Shown here one piece after another: positions 10,465-22,485 of a stretch of 64,000 nt of DNA (within the stretch, counting starts at the first letter, position 1; each line of letters opens with the position of its first letter). The DNA lies in the NCBI GenBank assembly GCA_035084275.1, contig CM068756.1, forward strand, positions 14,632,001-14,696,000, read 5' to 3'. The position numbers were made by a program, and so were the translations under genes. The notes under the pieces were generated by a model. The model was not told where the DNA came from and did not search any database. It worked only from the letters and a program-made list of their open reading frames with translations. Source of the stretch: Hydrolagus colliei (lineage: Eukaryota).

Positions 10465-12170
10465 ACTATCTCCCTCCACTCCCTCTCTACTGACCTTGAG
10501 TCATCCGACCTCCTTCTCCTCTGGCCCTCTCTAAATGACTTGTCCTCCTCTCTATCCTTCCTCCACAGTTCCCTCTCCTCCATCATTGACTCCCTCACCT
10601 CCCGAATTGCCTCCTATTCTCTTAAATCCCCCTGTTACACCAATCACCTTCGAACCCTTAAGGCACAAGTCTGAGCCACCAAATAAGCCTGGACCAAATC
10701 AATCTTAATGGTCCACCGGCAAATCTGGCTAGACCTTACCAAGGTCTACCACTCCGCTCTAGCCTCTACAATGTCCTCCTACTATTCAGAACTAATCTTG
10801 GAGGCCAAGGACAACCCAAGGCTACTTTTCTCCACCACCAACCACCTCCTCCACCCACTCTCCCATGCCTCACCCATCCTATCCTACAACTCTAACTGTG
10901 AGGAGATGCTGTATTTCCTTGAATACAAAATCGAAGGCATCTGTTCAGCCACCTCTACCCAATCCTCCACTACCTCCCCACTATATCTCCCCCAGGATCC
11001 ATCCATCTCTCACCCCCCCATTACATACCTTCCATCCTATCTCTCCCCCCGCTTTCTCTGCTCTCCTCCATAAAATGAAACCCATCACCTGCTCCCTTGA
11101 CCCCATCCCCACCTCTCTAAAAACTGCTGTCATCACCCCCATCTTAAAAAAAACTTCTGTTGACCCATCCCTAGTCTCTAACTATCGCCCCATCTCCAAC
11201 CTCCGATCCCTCTCCAATGCCCTGGAAATAGTCGTTGCTTTCCAGCTTCACTCCTACCTCTCCCATCACTCTCTTCTCGAATATCTTCAATCTGGCTTCC
11301 GCACTGCCCACAGCACTGAGACAACCCTGGTCAAAGTCTCTAATGACATTCTCAACAATTGTGAACAGGGCTCTCTCTGCATCCTTGTCCTTCCCGACTT
11401 CTCCACCACCTTCGTGTCGACCATCCCATCCTCCCACACCACCTCTCCTTCTTCCTCAATCCCCGTGGATGCCCTTGCCTGGTTTGACTCCTACCTCTCT
11501 CATCGTCTACACTTTGTCACCACCAACGCTTTCTCTCCTGGCCCCCGCACTGTCACCTGTGGTGTCCCCAGGGCTCTGTCTTTGGCCCCCTTCTTTTCAA
11601 CATCTATATGCTCCCACTTGGTGACATCATCCACAGACATGAGGTTAACATCCATGTATGTATGCAGATGAACATTCAACTCTATCTCTTTGCCTTTGCC
11701 CTTGACTCCAGGACTACACTGTCCTGACATTGTAGCTTTTGTAAACTTTGATGGCAAATTTAATGTTATTGCAAAATTCTGCCACCCATATTCTCACCTG
11801 AACCAAACTTTGCTCCCGGATTACCCCAGTTCTTGCCAGACTTCACTGACTCCCTGTCTCAGAGCAGATTGATTTCAAGATCCTCACTCTTGTGTTCAAA
11901 TCCCTCCATTCCTCTGCACCCCTCACTACCTCTCTAACCTCCTCTCTTCTCACAACAGTACCCGATGCCTTTGTTCTACTGGATCTGACCTCCTCCTTGT
12001 CACCCGAATCCTCCGTTCCACCGACAGTGGCCGTGCCTTCAGCCATTGCGCCCCAAAGCTCTGGAACTACCTTCCTCATTCACTTTGCCTCGCCCCCTCC
12101 ATTACCATTTTTGCCTGAACGGTCGCACCTGAAGACTTCTCTATTCGACCACGCATTTGGTCACCAATGA
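10465..12170 (+). mobile_element. Degenerate L2 LINE ORF2 (RT) fragment
   Basis: KTAVITPILKK..SNYRPISNL..QSGFRTAHSTETTLVKVSNDIL..GVP motifs with frameshifts and deletions. Confidence 0.85.
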
Positions 12171-12489
12171 GGTATAGGAATCCACTTTAAGATGTCCTCC
12201 TATAATGAAAGGTTCTGGTTATGGTTATGGATTGCAATTATTATTATTCACGTAAGACAAGATAGGTAGGTCAGTGTTAGCATCAGTCAATGTGGATGGA
12301 TGTGTCACTGCTAATACCAGACTGTATGGACATGTCACTGGCGATATCAACCTCTACAAATGGTGTAACTGCTAATCAAGATGTATAGTTGAGGTGTCGT
12401 TGTTGGTATCAGACTACATATAGGTCACTGCTATATCAAACTATATTAGAAATATTAGAAATATCAGGCTTTGTGAATGTATCACTTCT

Positions 12490-12610
12490 AGAATTATACA
12501 GCACAAAAGGAGACCATTTGGCCTATCATGCCTGGGCCAGCTCTTTGAAAATAGCTGTCCAAATCAATCCCAATCACCCACTCTCTCACCGTAGCCCTGC
12601 AAACTTGTAG
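12490..12610 (-). mobile_element. CR1-like LINE 3' end
   Basis: Reverse complement resembles the CR1 tail gccagc...atgatgggccgaatggcctcctt. Confidence 0.55.
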
Positions 12611-14537
12611 ATACTACAAAGTACTCCAACTTGTGCACCACAAATAATTATTTAATTATCTATTAAATAGAGTTATTAACTGATAATATCAGCTTCTGAC
12701 CAATTAATCAGGTAAAACTTTATTGGCCCGAAGGTCTGAGGAACCCTCTAAGATCTCACCTCAATGATTGATATTTTTACCTCCCAGCTGCTCCTCTGTG
12801 AGGCAGTGCAGTGAATGATGAGAAGAGAGGCAAGGTTGGAGATATGAGTCATACCTCCAGCTCCGTCCCTCTTGCTATCACTCACTGTGCCGCATCTTGC
12901 ACCAGGTTGTTTGACACTAGAAACTGCATAGTGTCAAAGAGAGAGAGCCAGCTGGATGTATGACGCACCCCCTTACTCCACCCCTCCTTCCGTAACTCAG
13001 CACGCTGCCTCGTGCCTCCTATAACCTGGTGAAAGGTGAATGACATCTCATCAAAAACTTGGTCAGATCTACAATGATCCAGGATACATTAAAGGCACTC
13101 AAAATAGTATCTAGAGAGCATGATTTGACAACTACCCTCAGCTTTTATGACGTCATTGAATATTTGCAACTTTGAACTCACTCAAGAAAGTATTTCAAAA
13201 TGCTCCCTTTTCTATCCAAATTGGATCTGAAGCCATGTGCAACCTGGGTACCTCGGCATTCCCAGTTCTTCTCTGCACAAGTTTAAGATGATCCAGAACA
13301 CAGCAGTTAATATTGTCTTCAGCACCAGGTTCAAAAAGCCTAACTTATTCTTGCTCACTGTGCTGACTGACAATCTTCCAGGTCAGGTTCCTCCTTTGTC
13401 ACCTTTAAATTCCTTCATAATCTTGCCCATACCTATGTGTGATCTCCTTCAACTCTACTTCATTCTTTCTTTGCTCAAGAAGCTTCATGCGCTTGCTCCT
13501 ATTCACCCAACTTTCAGCTCTTCTGTCCTCATCGTTCTCTGGAATTTAATCCTGGAACCATCTGATTCCCTTCCTCACTCCCTCTTTCAAAACATAACTC
13601 TTTGTTCGTGCTTTTGGTCAACTTTCCTTTCCCCAACCCCTCCTCTCTCAACCCCAGCTGGGGTGCCTATCTAGTACTGTAAGGTTTTACAATACAAAAA
13701 CCTCCAAATAAATGATCATTACACTGTAGGATATTGCTGTCATCAAACTGGCCGCATGTATACCTACAAATAGACCGTTCTTCCATTTGACAGGAAATCT
13801 TGTGATGTGCCTTGTAATGCTTTTGCACTATATCAATTGTAAGAACTACTTATATGATGAAAGAGTATATGGAACATAAAGGATTCCCTGCCCTTTCACT
13901 TTATTCGCTTTATAAATTGATGTTGTTGTTGTTGTTGTTGTAATGTGCATCTTAACAGACAGGTTGGACCTCCACAAACATTCACGAATAATAAATACAT
14001 TTGTTTACCTCCATTCATTGACCCACAGGATGTTATGGCATATAAGAAGGCCATTCAGCCCAACTGCCACACATTGGACACAATTTCAATATTACTAAGA
14101 GTTTTTCTTACGAATTCCAACCAATCTGGATCTTGAAATTAGCATTCTTAAGAATGGTTAACGTCATTGTGAAATAAATTATTGCAACCCTTTGTTGCGG
14201 CCAATAATGCAAGATAGTGTTTCACATATTTCACCATCGTTATCATATTATAATAATGCTTGCAGCCGATATGCCCCGCCCATTCACAACCACCCAATTA
14301 TATTTCCTCCAATTTATTGTCATCTGCAAATCAACACTTTCATCTTTGCTACAAGACAAGAGATTGTCAATTGTTCAGTGGGCAAATGCCTTTGCAAACT
14401 ACATCCAATTAAATTGTGTCTGTTGAGTTCACAGATTTAAAGTCAAATATCACTGCCACATCTCTCATTTCCAGCATCTGCAACCCAGTGCTACTATCCA
14501 GCCACAGGATTATAGTTTGTCTCAGCCAGTGATTAAT

Positions 14538-14586
14538 ATGGGTGTTATTTTTCATTCTCTGTTTCTCATGGCAATACATTCTACAG
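14538..14586 (+). CDS. R2 leader (signal peptide) exon
   Basis: MGVIFHSLFLMAIHST, donor ACAG|gtgtgt, phase 1; paralogous to the other leader exons. Confidence 0.8.
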
Positions 14587-17500
14587 GTGTGTTTAGATTA
14601 TATCTGCAATCTTCTGAATAATAATGTAAATATGAAATGATAAATTGTCAAACTGTAATTTTCTCCGTAATCACTTCCATTAATGTTTGATGAGTGAACA
14701 ATGTCTTGTTATATGTTTTGCTCTACGTTTCTTCTTTGTATTCATTTTACCATCTGTATAATCCTAGTTTGAAATTATTTCTGACAGTAACTGATGATAC
14801 GTTGATCGAGGTAGCACAACAGCCCAAACATGGAATTTCAGTGGCAGGTGCAAACATCACCTTCAAATGCATTTTTGCTGTCCATCTCAATAACACACGC
14901 ATAAAAGTGTATTGGTCAAAGCAGGGAGAGCACGGATGTCTGCAAGCAAAGGCAGATAACAGGAAAATATTTGGAGTTGAAGATGAAGGAATTTACTTCT
15001 TCCAGCTATTGGATGTGAACTTACAAGACTCTGGAGTATATTACTGTGAAGTGATCCGTGAGGGGAGAATCGCGGGAAATGGATCTGGGTCACGGTTAAC
15101 TGTATGTGGTATGTATGATTATATGGCAACTATTCCCATATTTAAATATGACACTGATATTTCAGTGGAACAGAATTGTGATTTTATTTATTATGATTTA
15201 ATGCAACATAATTATGGCGTAACTAATTGTTGTAATTCCCTACCATGAGTCTTTAAAATAGTTATCCCACACACATCATATCTTATTTCCCAGTTTAATG
15301 GGAATTACCAAATAGAATCGTCGTTGACTTCATTACTGTTTGCAGGAAATTTCTGTGTGTCAATTTGCTGCTTCATTTGCCATCAAAATACAAACAGAGC
15401 ATGTGTCACTAAAATCCCGTGAAGTGCTTTGAAACAATCCCCTAAAGTGAATGAACTTCTATGAAATGCAGGTATTGTTATTATTATTATTATAGATTCC
15501 CACATATGTCAACCATCTATCGGACCAAAATAATCATTGCATTTGGTGGATTGTATTGCAATGCTGTTACAAAAGTTAAGGACAGTTTGAAACAGATCTT
15601 ATTGACATTTAAACAACCTAAACCTTAATTTGCCCCCATTAGCTAGATTAACAGCCACAAACTCCACTTAGCAAGGCTTGAAATTTCTGTATGTCACCCA
15701 GCCAGTCTGGACTTCAGTCTCACTATCCTCACTCTTTAGAACATCCATCCTATATCCATCCTTCTCTTCGCACCCTCTCTTGCCTCCTTTAAAGCATGTC
15801 TCAAGATGCTCCTTTTCAACCGTGCTTTTGGTCAGCCTCCTATCCTCCCTGCCCTCCACCCCTCCTCAACACAACTCACTGCACCGGTCCAAATCCCTGA
15901 CTGTTCAGTTCCTTGGGGCTTTCTCCCAACATGAAAGGTGCTATACAAATGTAATTTATTGTTGTTTGTTTTCTTTTATGGTATTAGAAACCATTATTAT
16001 CATTCGGTGTTGGATGCACAATAAGTGCTAGCTTTTTAATCGGTATTTGTTTTTTTTACTTCTTTGTGAATTATAATAGAAATACTATAATTAGTATAAT
16101 AATTAATATGCAACAATAATTATAATATATTATAATAAATTTAATGAACTTGTTTAGTAACTAGTCAACTCTCTATGAGTCCAAATTTTCATTTTTAAAG
16201 TGATTTGTAATTCAAAGCTATATTGCTAACATAAATACAAAATCAAAGTATTGCAAGAGATATTAATTAGCTACCATCAGAATAGTTCGTTCCCCAATCA
16301 AGTCTTATATGATTCTGTTGCATTATATGTTCTACAGTTCTTCCAACTCCGCTACGGATACTCCATATAAATTCCGAAAAATATTCATCTGCTTCGATGC
16401 TTGTGTGTAAAACAGCCGTATTTTACCCCAGGGGTCTCATCTTTAATTGGTATAAGAATGGGACCACAATTTCAACTGGGATAAATACTACTGAACAACA
16501 GAATCCAGATGGCCTGTACGAAGCATCAAGTTCTGTCGAGGTGGCACAGAGTATCCAGAGTGGGACTGTTTATACTTGCATGGTATCTCATCTCTATGGT
16601 ATCAGCCTCCGGACTGAAGGAATTGCGAACTACACTATTTCTCTTCCTGACAGAGGTAACAATCCAACAATCTTAACTTCAATTAATTTGAACTAAGTTC
16701 TTACTGGGATATATAATGATTTTTAATCATTGCATTGGATTGAACGACTTAGCATATCATTGAGAGGTCTCAAGTGCTTCATGGTGTACATTGCAAAGCA
16801 GATTAACTGAATTTTGTGGGCAAAACAAGGCAGCCAATTGTGCACAGCAGTGTCCCATAAACAGTCATGGATTGAGCGACCAATCTTCTTCTTGGAGGAA
16901 TTCTTACCTCCGGAAAATGATCCACCAATCAACTAACAACTAGGTTCCTTGGAAAACAAAGGAGCAGGGAGTAAGAAAACTTTCCTAAGGGAATTAAAGC
17001 CAACTGGGAATCAAAGCCAGGTCCTCTTGCTTGCCACTGAGCTACAGGATTCACAAATTGGAAAATTAGAGGATCATGCACAAGGGTTTTAGTTTGTTGG
17101 TTTTCATTAAGAAACATACAAATTATGGTCATACTCCTGCTAAACTCAGCTGATGGACAGTGTAGCAATACTCCAGTTCACTGCTGAGCGAGGACTGCAT
17201 TGTCCATGGGTGCAATGTTTGGGATGAGACATTAAACCAAGGTTTGTCCATTTAGATCTCATTGGACTATTAGAGAAAAATAAGTTTCTCCCAACGTCCT
17301 TCCCCCAGGTAAAAATTGGCATGTACCAATTACCTACCATGTACCTACGAGGCTTTGTGGAGTCCTGTAGCTTTGTGGTTGGAACACTTGCCTTACAAGT
17401 AAGAAGACCTGGTTTCAACTCCGAGGTAGGGTGAAATGTTGGGCAAGGTTGCTTATTCCAGAAACTTCTATTTACCAAGCAGTAAGTAGCAAACTGTTTG

Positions 17501-20500
17501 ATAGTTGATTAGCGGATCACTTTTCTGATTGGAAACAATTCTTAAAAAATAATAATACATTAACTAAATTTATTTATTCTGGGACACTGCTGTGTGCAGA
17601 TGGCTGCCATTTTTTACCCACAAAATATGCAGTCAATTTGTCTTTACATTATATTCTGTGAAGCGTGATTGAGGCATCTAGAAGATGTGATGAGTTGCTA
17701 CATCAAATGCAAGAATTAATATTATTTTCTAGCAAATCATGTGGAGAGCTTTGATATCCCCCATTGCCTCACCCAAATCCAAGTATTATTACTGTAACAT
17801 AAAGATGATAAAGACATGTAACTCTATATGCAGAATATAAAACTATTATATATGAATCCCTCATGAAATAAGTAAAATAAACTTTACAATTCTAGTTTGA
17901 CAACCAATGCAGTTAGTGAAAGCAAAGCATAGCTGGATTATTAACACATTATATTTCGGAAACAAATGAAATTATTCACACTTAACAATGTTCAGATATA
18001 ATTCTTAGTTTATTATTTTCTTCTAGAAAATCTATTTCAGCAATATTTATGGTTCGCTGGATGTGCAGTGGGTGGATTGCTAATGCTGTTGCTTTTAATC
18101 ATTGGGATTCGATTAATAAAAAGTAAAGGTAAGACATATTCTGTTTGAATTCAGGTTAATTGTGGATCTTTTATATCAATACCATCTGTGTTACTGTGCC
18201 TTTTTGTTATTGGGCAAACAAAAAGGTAAGGGTTAGGGAAGATGGGATAGAATAAATGTTGGAAGAGTACATTTCTGAAAAGTTGCCCATATGATTATTG
18301 AACAGAATAGGATCAGAATTCAAATGTCTTCATAGAATCATCACGTTGGTGAATTTATTTAGCAGAATGCTTACTAATTTCATTTTTCAAAAAAAACCTG
18401 TAAGGTGTCCAATGGCTCAGTTCATGTCACTAACGCCTCTGAGTCAGAAAATTGCTGGAAAATTTTCTGAGTCGGAAAATTGCTGGTTGAATTCCCACTG
18501 GAGAATTTCACAGTTAATCTTTCACTAAAAGGCTGGAGCATACCACTACATTGCTCAAGATGTATAGCTTCGGATGAGATATTGCAATCAAAGTCCTGTT
18601 TGTCTATTCAAGAGTATGTTTTTACAAGCCCACCTGGACCCTCCGTTCAACAGGACTTGGCCTGCTCCAAGCCCCCCGCCCGAACTGCCCCACCATCGGA
18701 CGCCGGGCCTTCAGTTTCTCCGCTCCCACCCTATGGAATGCCATCCCACAATCCCTCTGTCTCTTCCCTTTCCTCTTTCAAGGTCGGTTTGAAGAATTTC
18801 CTCTTCGATCGTGCCTTTTGTTCCACCCTGAATGTTTCGACTTCCCCTTTGTGTTTCACCCCTTCCCAAACACTCCCCTCCCAGCTCGGGTCACACGCCT
18901 CCTGTGCAGCGCCTTGGGACGTCCTCCCAACGTGAAAGGCGCTCTATAAATGTAATTTGTTGTTGTTGTTTTAGATCCCATAAGACTATTTGTGAAGAGA
19001 AAGGAGTTTCTCCAGGTATCCTGGCCCCTAGGTAGCCCAGATAAAAAACAGTTAATGTGTTTCATAACTCTTTTAAAGACAGCCCTGTGCACAAATTGAT
19101 TGCCAAGTTTTCTAGCAAAATGCAGCTACAACGTTTTGCAGTCAATGCTTTGAATTAATGTGAGACATCATTCTGATTTAAAAGTGGATTATCTAAAAAA
19201 AAACATATACTATATCTATTATTGTTGTTGTTTGTTTGTTTTAGGAAAATCCAGCAAATTAAATGCATCCAACGATCATGGAGAGAGGGTAAGGTACAAA
19301 ATTCTTCCCAGGGGATTTTTCATACACGAATAAAACGAAAAGTGATCTTGCATTTTTGTACTGAATCGCTAAGAATGTTTTGAATCTATGCAATGAGTGA
19401 AAAATTTGGTATTTGATATTGTCACCAATAACTATACCAAATGGACATTCCCACCGCCTGTGACTTACATGTGCTTGCCACTTGAATGTTGTTTTCAAAT
19501 CGTGTTCAACTGATCAGAGAGGCAGTGACAAAAGGCTACGAATTTAAAATAGTAAACAAAGGAGCAAATGGGTAGGTGAGAAAAAGATATAATAATAATA
19601 ATATTCCTTACATTTGGTCTAGCGCTTTTCACATCTTCTGTGTGGAGTAAGGAAACTTGCCCAAGGTTTTGCCCTGCTGGGAATCGAACCCAGGTCTTTT
19701 GCTTCCGAGTCAAGTGCACTAAGCACTTGACTCCGAGAAAAGCACCATGGTTAACAAAGGAGCGTTGCTGCTTTGCCAAGAATCAATGATGGATTTCAAA
19801 AGGGAACCAGATAAATGTCTAAACAGAAGTAAACTTCAGATTATTGTGAGACAGTGGGTGAATGTGAGTGAAATGATTGTTCTTGAAAGAGCCAGCATAG
19901 ACATGGTGGGCTTATTGGCCTTCCTCTGCCCTTTAAGTATGAGTAATATGGCGCAATATAAGACAATTAGTTGCAGAATATACAAAATTACATTATCTTG
20001 AAAAAAAATTGAAATAATATTTCAAATATTTTAAATTCTCCTCAATACTTGACAGTATTCTACAGTTCTTCAATTAATAAATGTAAACAAACAAATAAAT
20101 CAATAAATAAATCAATGAATAAATATATAAATTAATGACTGATTCCAACAGTTGGTATGCCAGTATATGAATAACAAATATCCTGCTGGGAGTAGTAATT
20201 GAACAGAATCCTTGTTGGCCTCCAAGAGGGAGACACATTCCTTAAATGTGTCTCGAAGCACTCTGAGACGCCGTCTGGCGTGGAGGGCGCTATATAAATC
20301 GAAGTTGTTGTTGTTGTTGTAAATAGATTCAGCTGCAGCGATGTCAGCTGCAGGAAAATGGGACTGAAAAAACTGCTCTTGAAAAGCCAGCATAGTTATG
20401 ATCGAGCGATTGGCCTTCTTTTGTACCTTAAATTTCCATGGTTCTATTGTCAAGAAATGTGACTAAAGTTTAGCAATAATTAGGAAAAAAAAGTGAAACA

Positions 20501-22485
20501 GCAGAAACAAAAAGCGACGATTATTTAAATAAAAATAATAAAATACATTAGCACGGATTCAAAAGATTCTTGTATGTCTAACCCCACAGATATTTGAGGA
20601 GGTACATTCCAAATTGACTGTGAGCGATCATCTGATTTAAGATATTATGCTTCCAAAAGGTGCTTGACAATGCATTACTTGAATGACGGCTTCACAAACT
20701 GATATCAAGGTGTATCAAAGGAATAGATTCAAAATTGTGCTTGAGGAGGATAAGATGTGGAAAGCGCTTTATAAATGTAAGGATTATTATTATTATAAAT
20801 AAAGGTCATTGTTCAGGGATTTAGGTAAAAATACAAAATACGAGGAAGTATTAAGTGATTTGGGACCCCGGGACCCAATGTGTTCATTTTATATTTTCAT
20901 GACTTAGACTCACAGAGCCAACATTCACAGATAAGAATTATAATAATAATAAATAATAATTATGGAATAATAAGAGGTGTCAATCTGAAGTACCAATAAA
21001 CAGGCAAACAACTTATACTCAAAGATTATAGACTGTTCAGGGTGTGCCTAGAGTACGGCAGATAGATCATCTTAGTGACATATGTGGGTGGTCAGGAGGT
21101 GCAATGAAGACTGAGGATGATGAAGTGCTCACACAGTGCTCTTCAGTCTTGAAAGGAAATGTCTCAGAGTGAACTTTATAGAGTTGTGCAAGATTTTTTA
21201 TGGCAATGAGAGAGTAAACCCAGAATAGTACTTCCAGAAGCACCCAGACAGCAACACAAGAAGACACAGATTCAGAGTTGCAGAGGACAATTTCAGGACC
21301 AACACCAGGAAATACTTATTTAATCAAAGGGTAGTTAACAACTGGAACAGATTACCAGAAAGAGTTGATGAGTCCAGGATGCTGGATTTGTTTAAAAATG
21401 GGCTGGGGATGTGATCAGAATACATTGTTGTGGTTATTCTGTAAGGGTGAAGTCAAATGGACTGCAGGGCCTTCTTTATCCGAATCTCTCTTGTGATCTT
21501 GTGACAAGTAAAAAAATCTGTATAATTGCATGTTTGTTTTACAGAAGACACAGGAAGAAAATGATGAGATGGTGGCTTATGTTTCACTGGATTTGACTAG
21601 TTCTAAAAAATCTCTAAGACCTAAACGCCCAGAGGAGAGGACGGTGTATGCTCAGGTAAAACTGAATCACTCCAAATCAATATATGGATTCTTCGTATCA
21701 AACATAAGCAGAGAAACTCTAACCAGGTTAGACTTATTCTATTTATGGCATGTTGAAATGCCTAAAAATTAATATGCATTTCATTTGATATAGCGCCTCG
21801 TTACTTCATCTCAATGCTTATTACGGCTTAATATAAGGTGCACTGATTGTATTTGTAGGCAAATTTGACAAATCCTTAAATGCTGTTGCAATTTTTAAGC
21901 TAGTTTTCTGTAAGGTCTTTGAAGTAAACTGACTTCAAAGTTATGACTCAGTCCAAGAAATGTAACTACACATCATCTACACTTAAGCATTCCAAGACAC
22001 TATACATGTGAAAGATGCTATATAAAGTATTTGTTGTAAATTTGAATTAAATTTGGGCATTTACACAAATATATTGATTTTGGCTTTCCTCTAACATCTG
22101 ACCCTCTTTCGGGTTACAGCCAGTCGTCATCTATATCACTTTCCGAGGAAAAATATCAACCTTCACTGCTGACTTACTGCACAATCTTATCCCTAGTCTG
22201 GGGCCTGCTGAGACCCACTGCACATCCCTTTGCCAAAGATTGGGACTTTGACATTTGTACTGTTGAGTTCTATAATGAGTGGTGCCTTTGTCAATAGAGC
22301 TATGGGGCGGGAGTGTGGTGGGTGGGGGGGAGGGGGGGTGGAGTGGGGCGTGGTAATGGTGATTATAATAGGTCCTTCTCTTAAGAGATGTATGAAGACT
22401 GAAATATCTAAAGGTTGAAACCTTGATGTTACAGACCAAACAAATGGGAACTGATGACAAGATCATTTATACCACTCTGGATTGA
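14538..22485 (+). CDS. R2: inhibitory SIRP-like V-C1-TM-ITIM receptor, complete
   Basis: Leader 14538-14586, V 14788-15108, C1 16338-16655, TM 18027-18128, linker 19245-19288, module 1 21545-21655, module 2 22435-22485 (TGA). The spliced ORF is open: 331 aa, or 353 aa if module 1 reads through to TAA 21772. Confidence 0.85.
14788..15108 (+). CDS. R2 V-set (VJ-type) Ig domain exon
   Basis: C...KVYW...DSGVYYC...GNGSGSRLTVC; 321 nt, phase 1-1. Confidence 0.95.
15690..15970 (+). mobile_element. L2 3' fragment
   Basis: SFK..LK..LF remnant and stem-loop tail. Confidence 0.7.
16338..16655 (+). CDS. R2 C1-set Ig domain exon
   Basis: LVCKTAVFYPRGLIFNWYKNG...DGLYEASS...YTCMVSH; tctacag| acceptor, G|gtaaca donor. 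Confidence 0.95.
17359..17726 (+). mobile_element. tRNA-derived Deu-type SINE
   Basis: Head-core-tail match. Confidence 0.8.
18027..18128 (+). CDS. R2 transmembrane exon (uncharged)
   Basis: ENLFQQYLWFAGCAVGGLLMLLLLIIGIRLIKSK; 102 nt, AAAG|gtaaga. Confidence 0.9.
18410..19160 (+). mobile_element. Old long-form DeuSINE (SacSINE-like) split by a young L2 insertion
   Basis: cgcctctgagtcagaa head and cggatgagat...gtcctgtttgtctattca, resuming as agatcccataagactatt after the L2 at 18623-18970. Confidence 0.55.
18623..18970 (+). mobile_element. Young L2 3' fragment
   Basis: High identity to 25815-26313, 48.7-49.1 kb and 61.8-62.2 kb. Confidence 0.9.
19245..19288 (+). CDS. R2 44-nt cytoplasmic linker exon
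   Basis: GKSSKLNASNDHGER; ttttag| acceptor, AGG|gtaagg donor. Confidence 0.8.
19760..19950 (+). mobile_element. CR1-like LINE 3' end
   Basis: DFKREPDK remnant followed by gccagcatagacatggtgggcttattggcc. Confidence 0.6.
21330..21505 (+). mobile_element. CR1-like LINE 3' end
   Basis: VVNNWNRLPERV...FKNGL remnant and ttgtgatcttgtga tail. Confidence 0.6.
21545..21655 (+). CDS. R2 Tyr module 1 (ITIM VAYVSL + TVYAQ/V)
   Basis: KTQEENDEMVAYVSLDLTSSKKSLRPKRPEERTVYAQ|gtaaaa. Confidence 0.9.
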
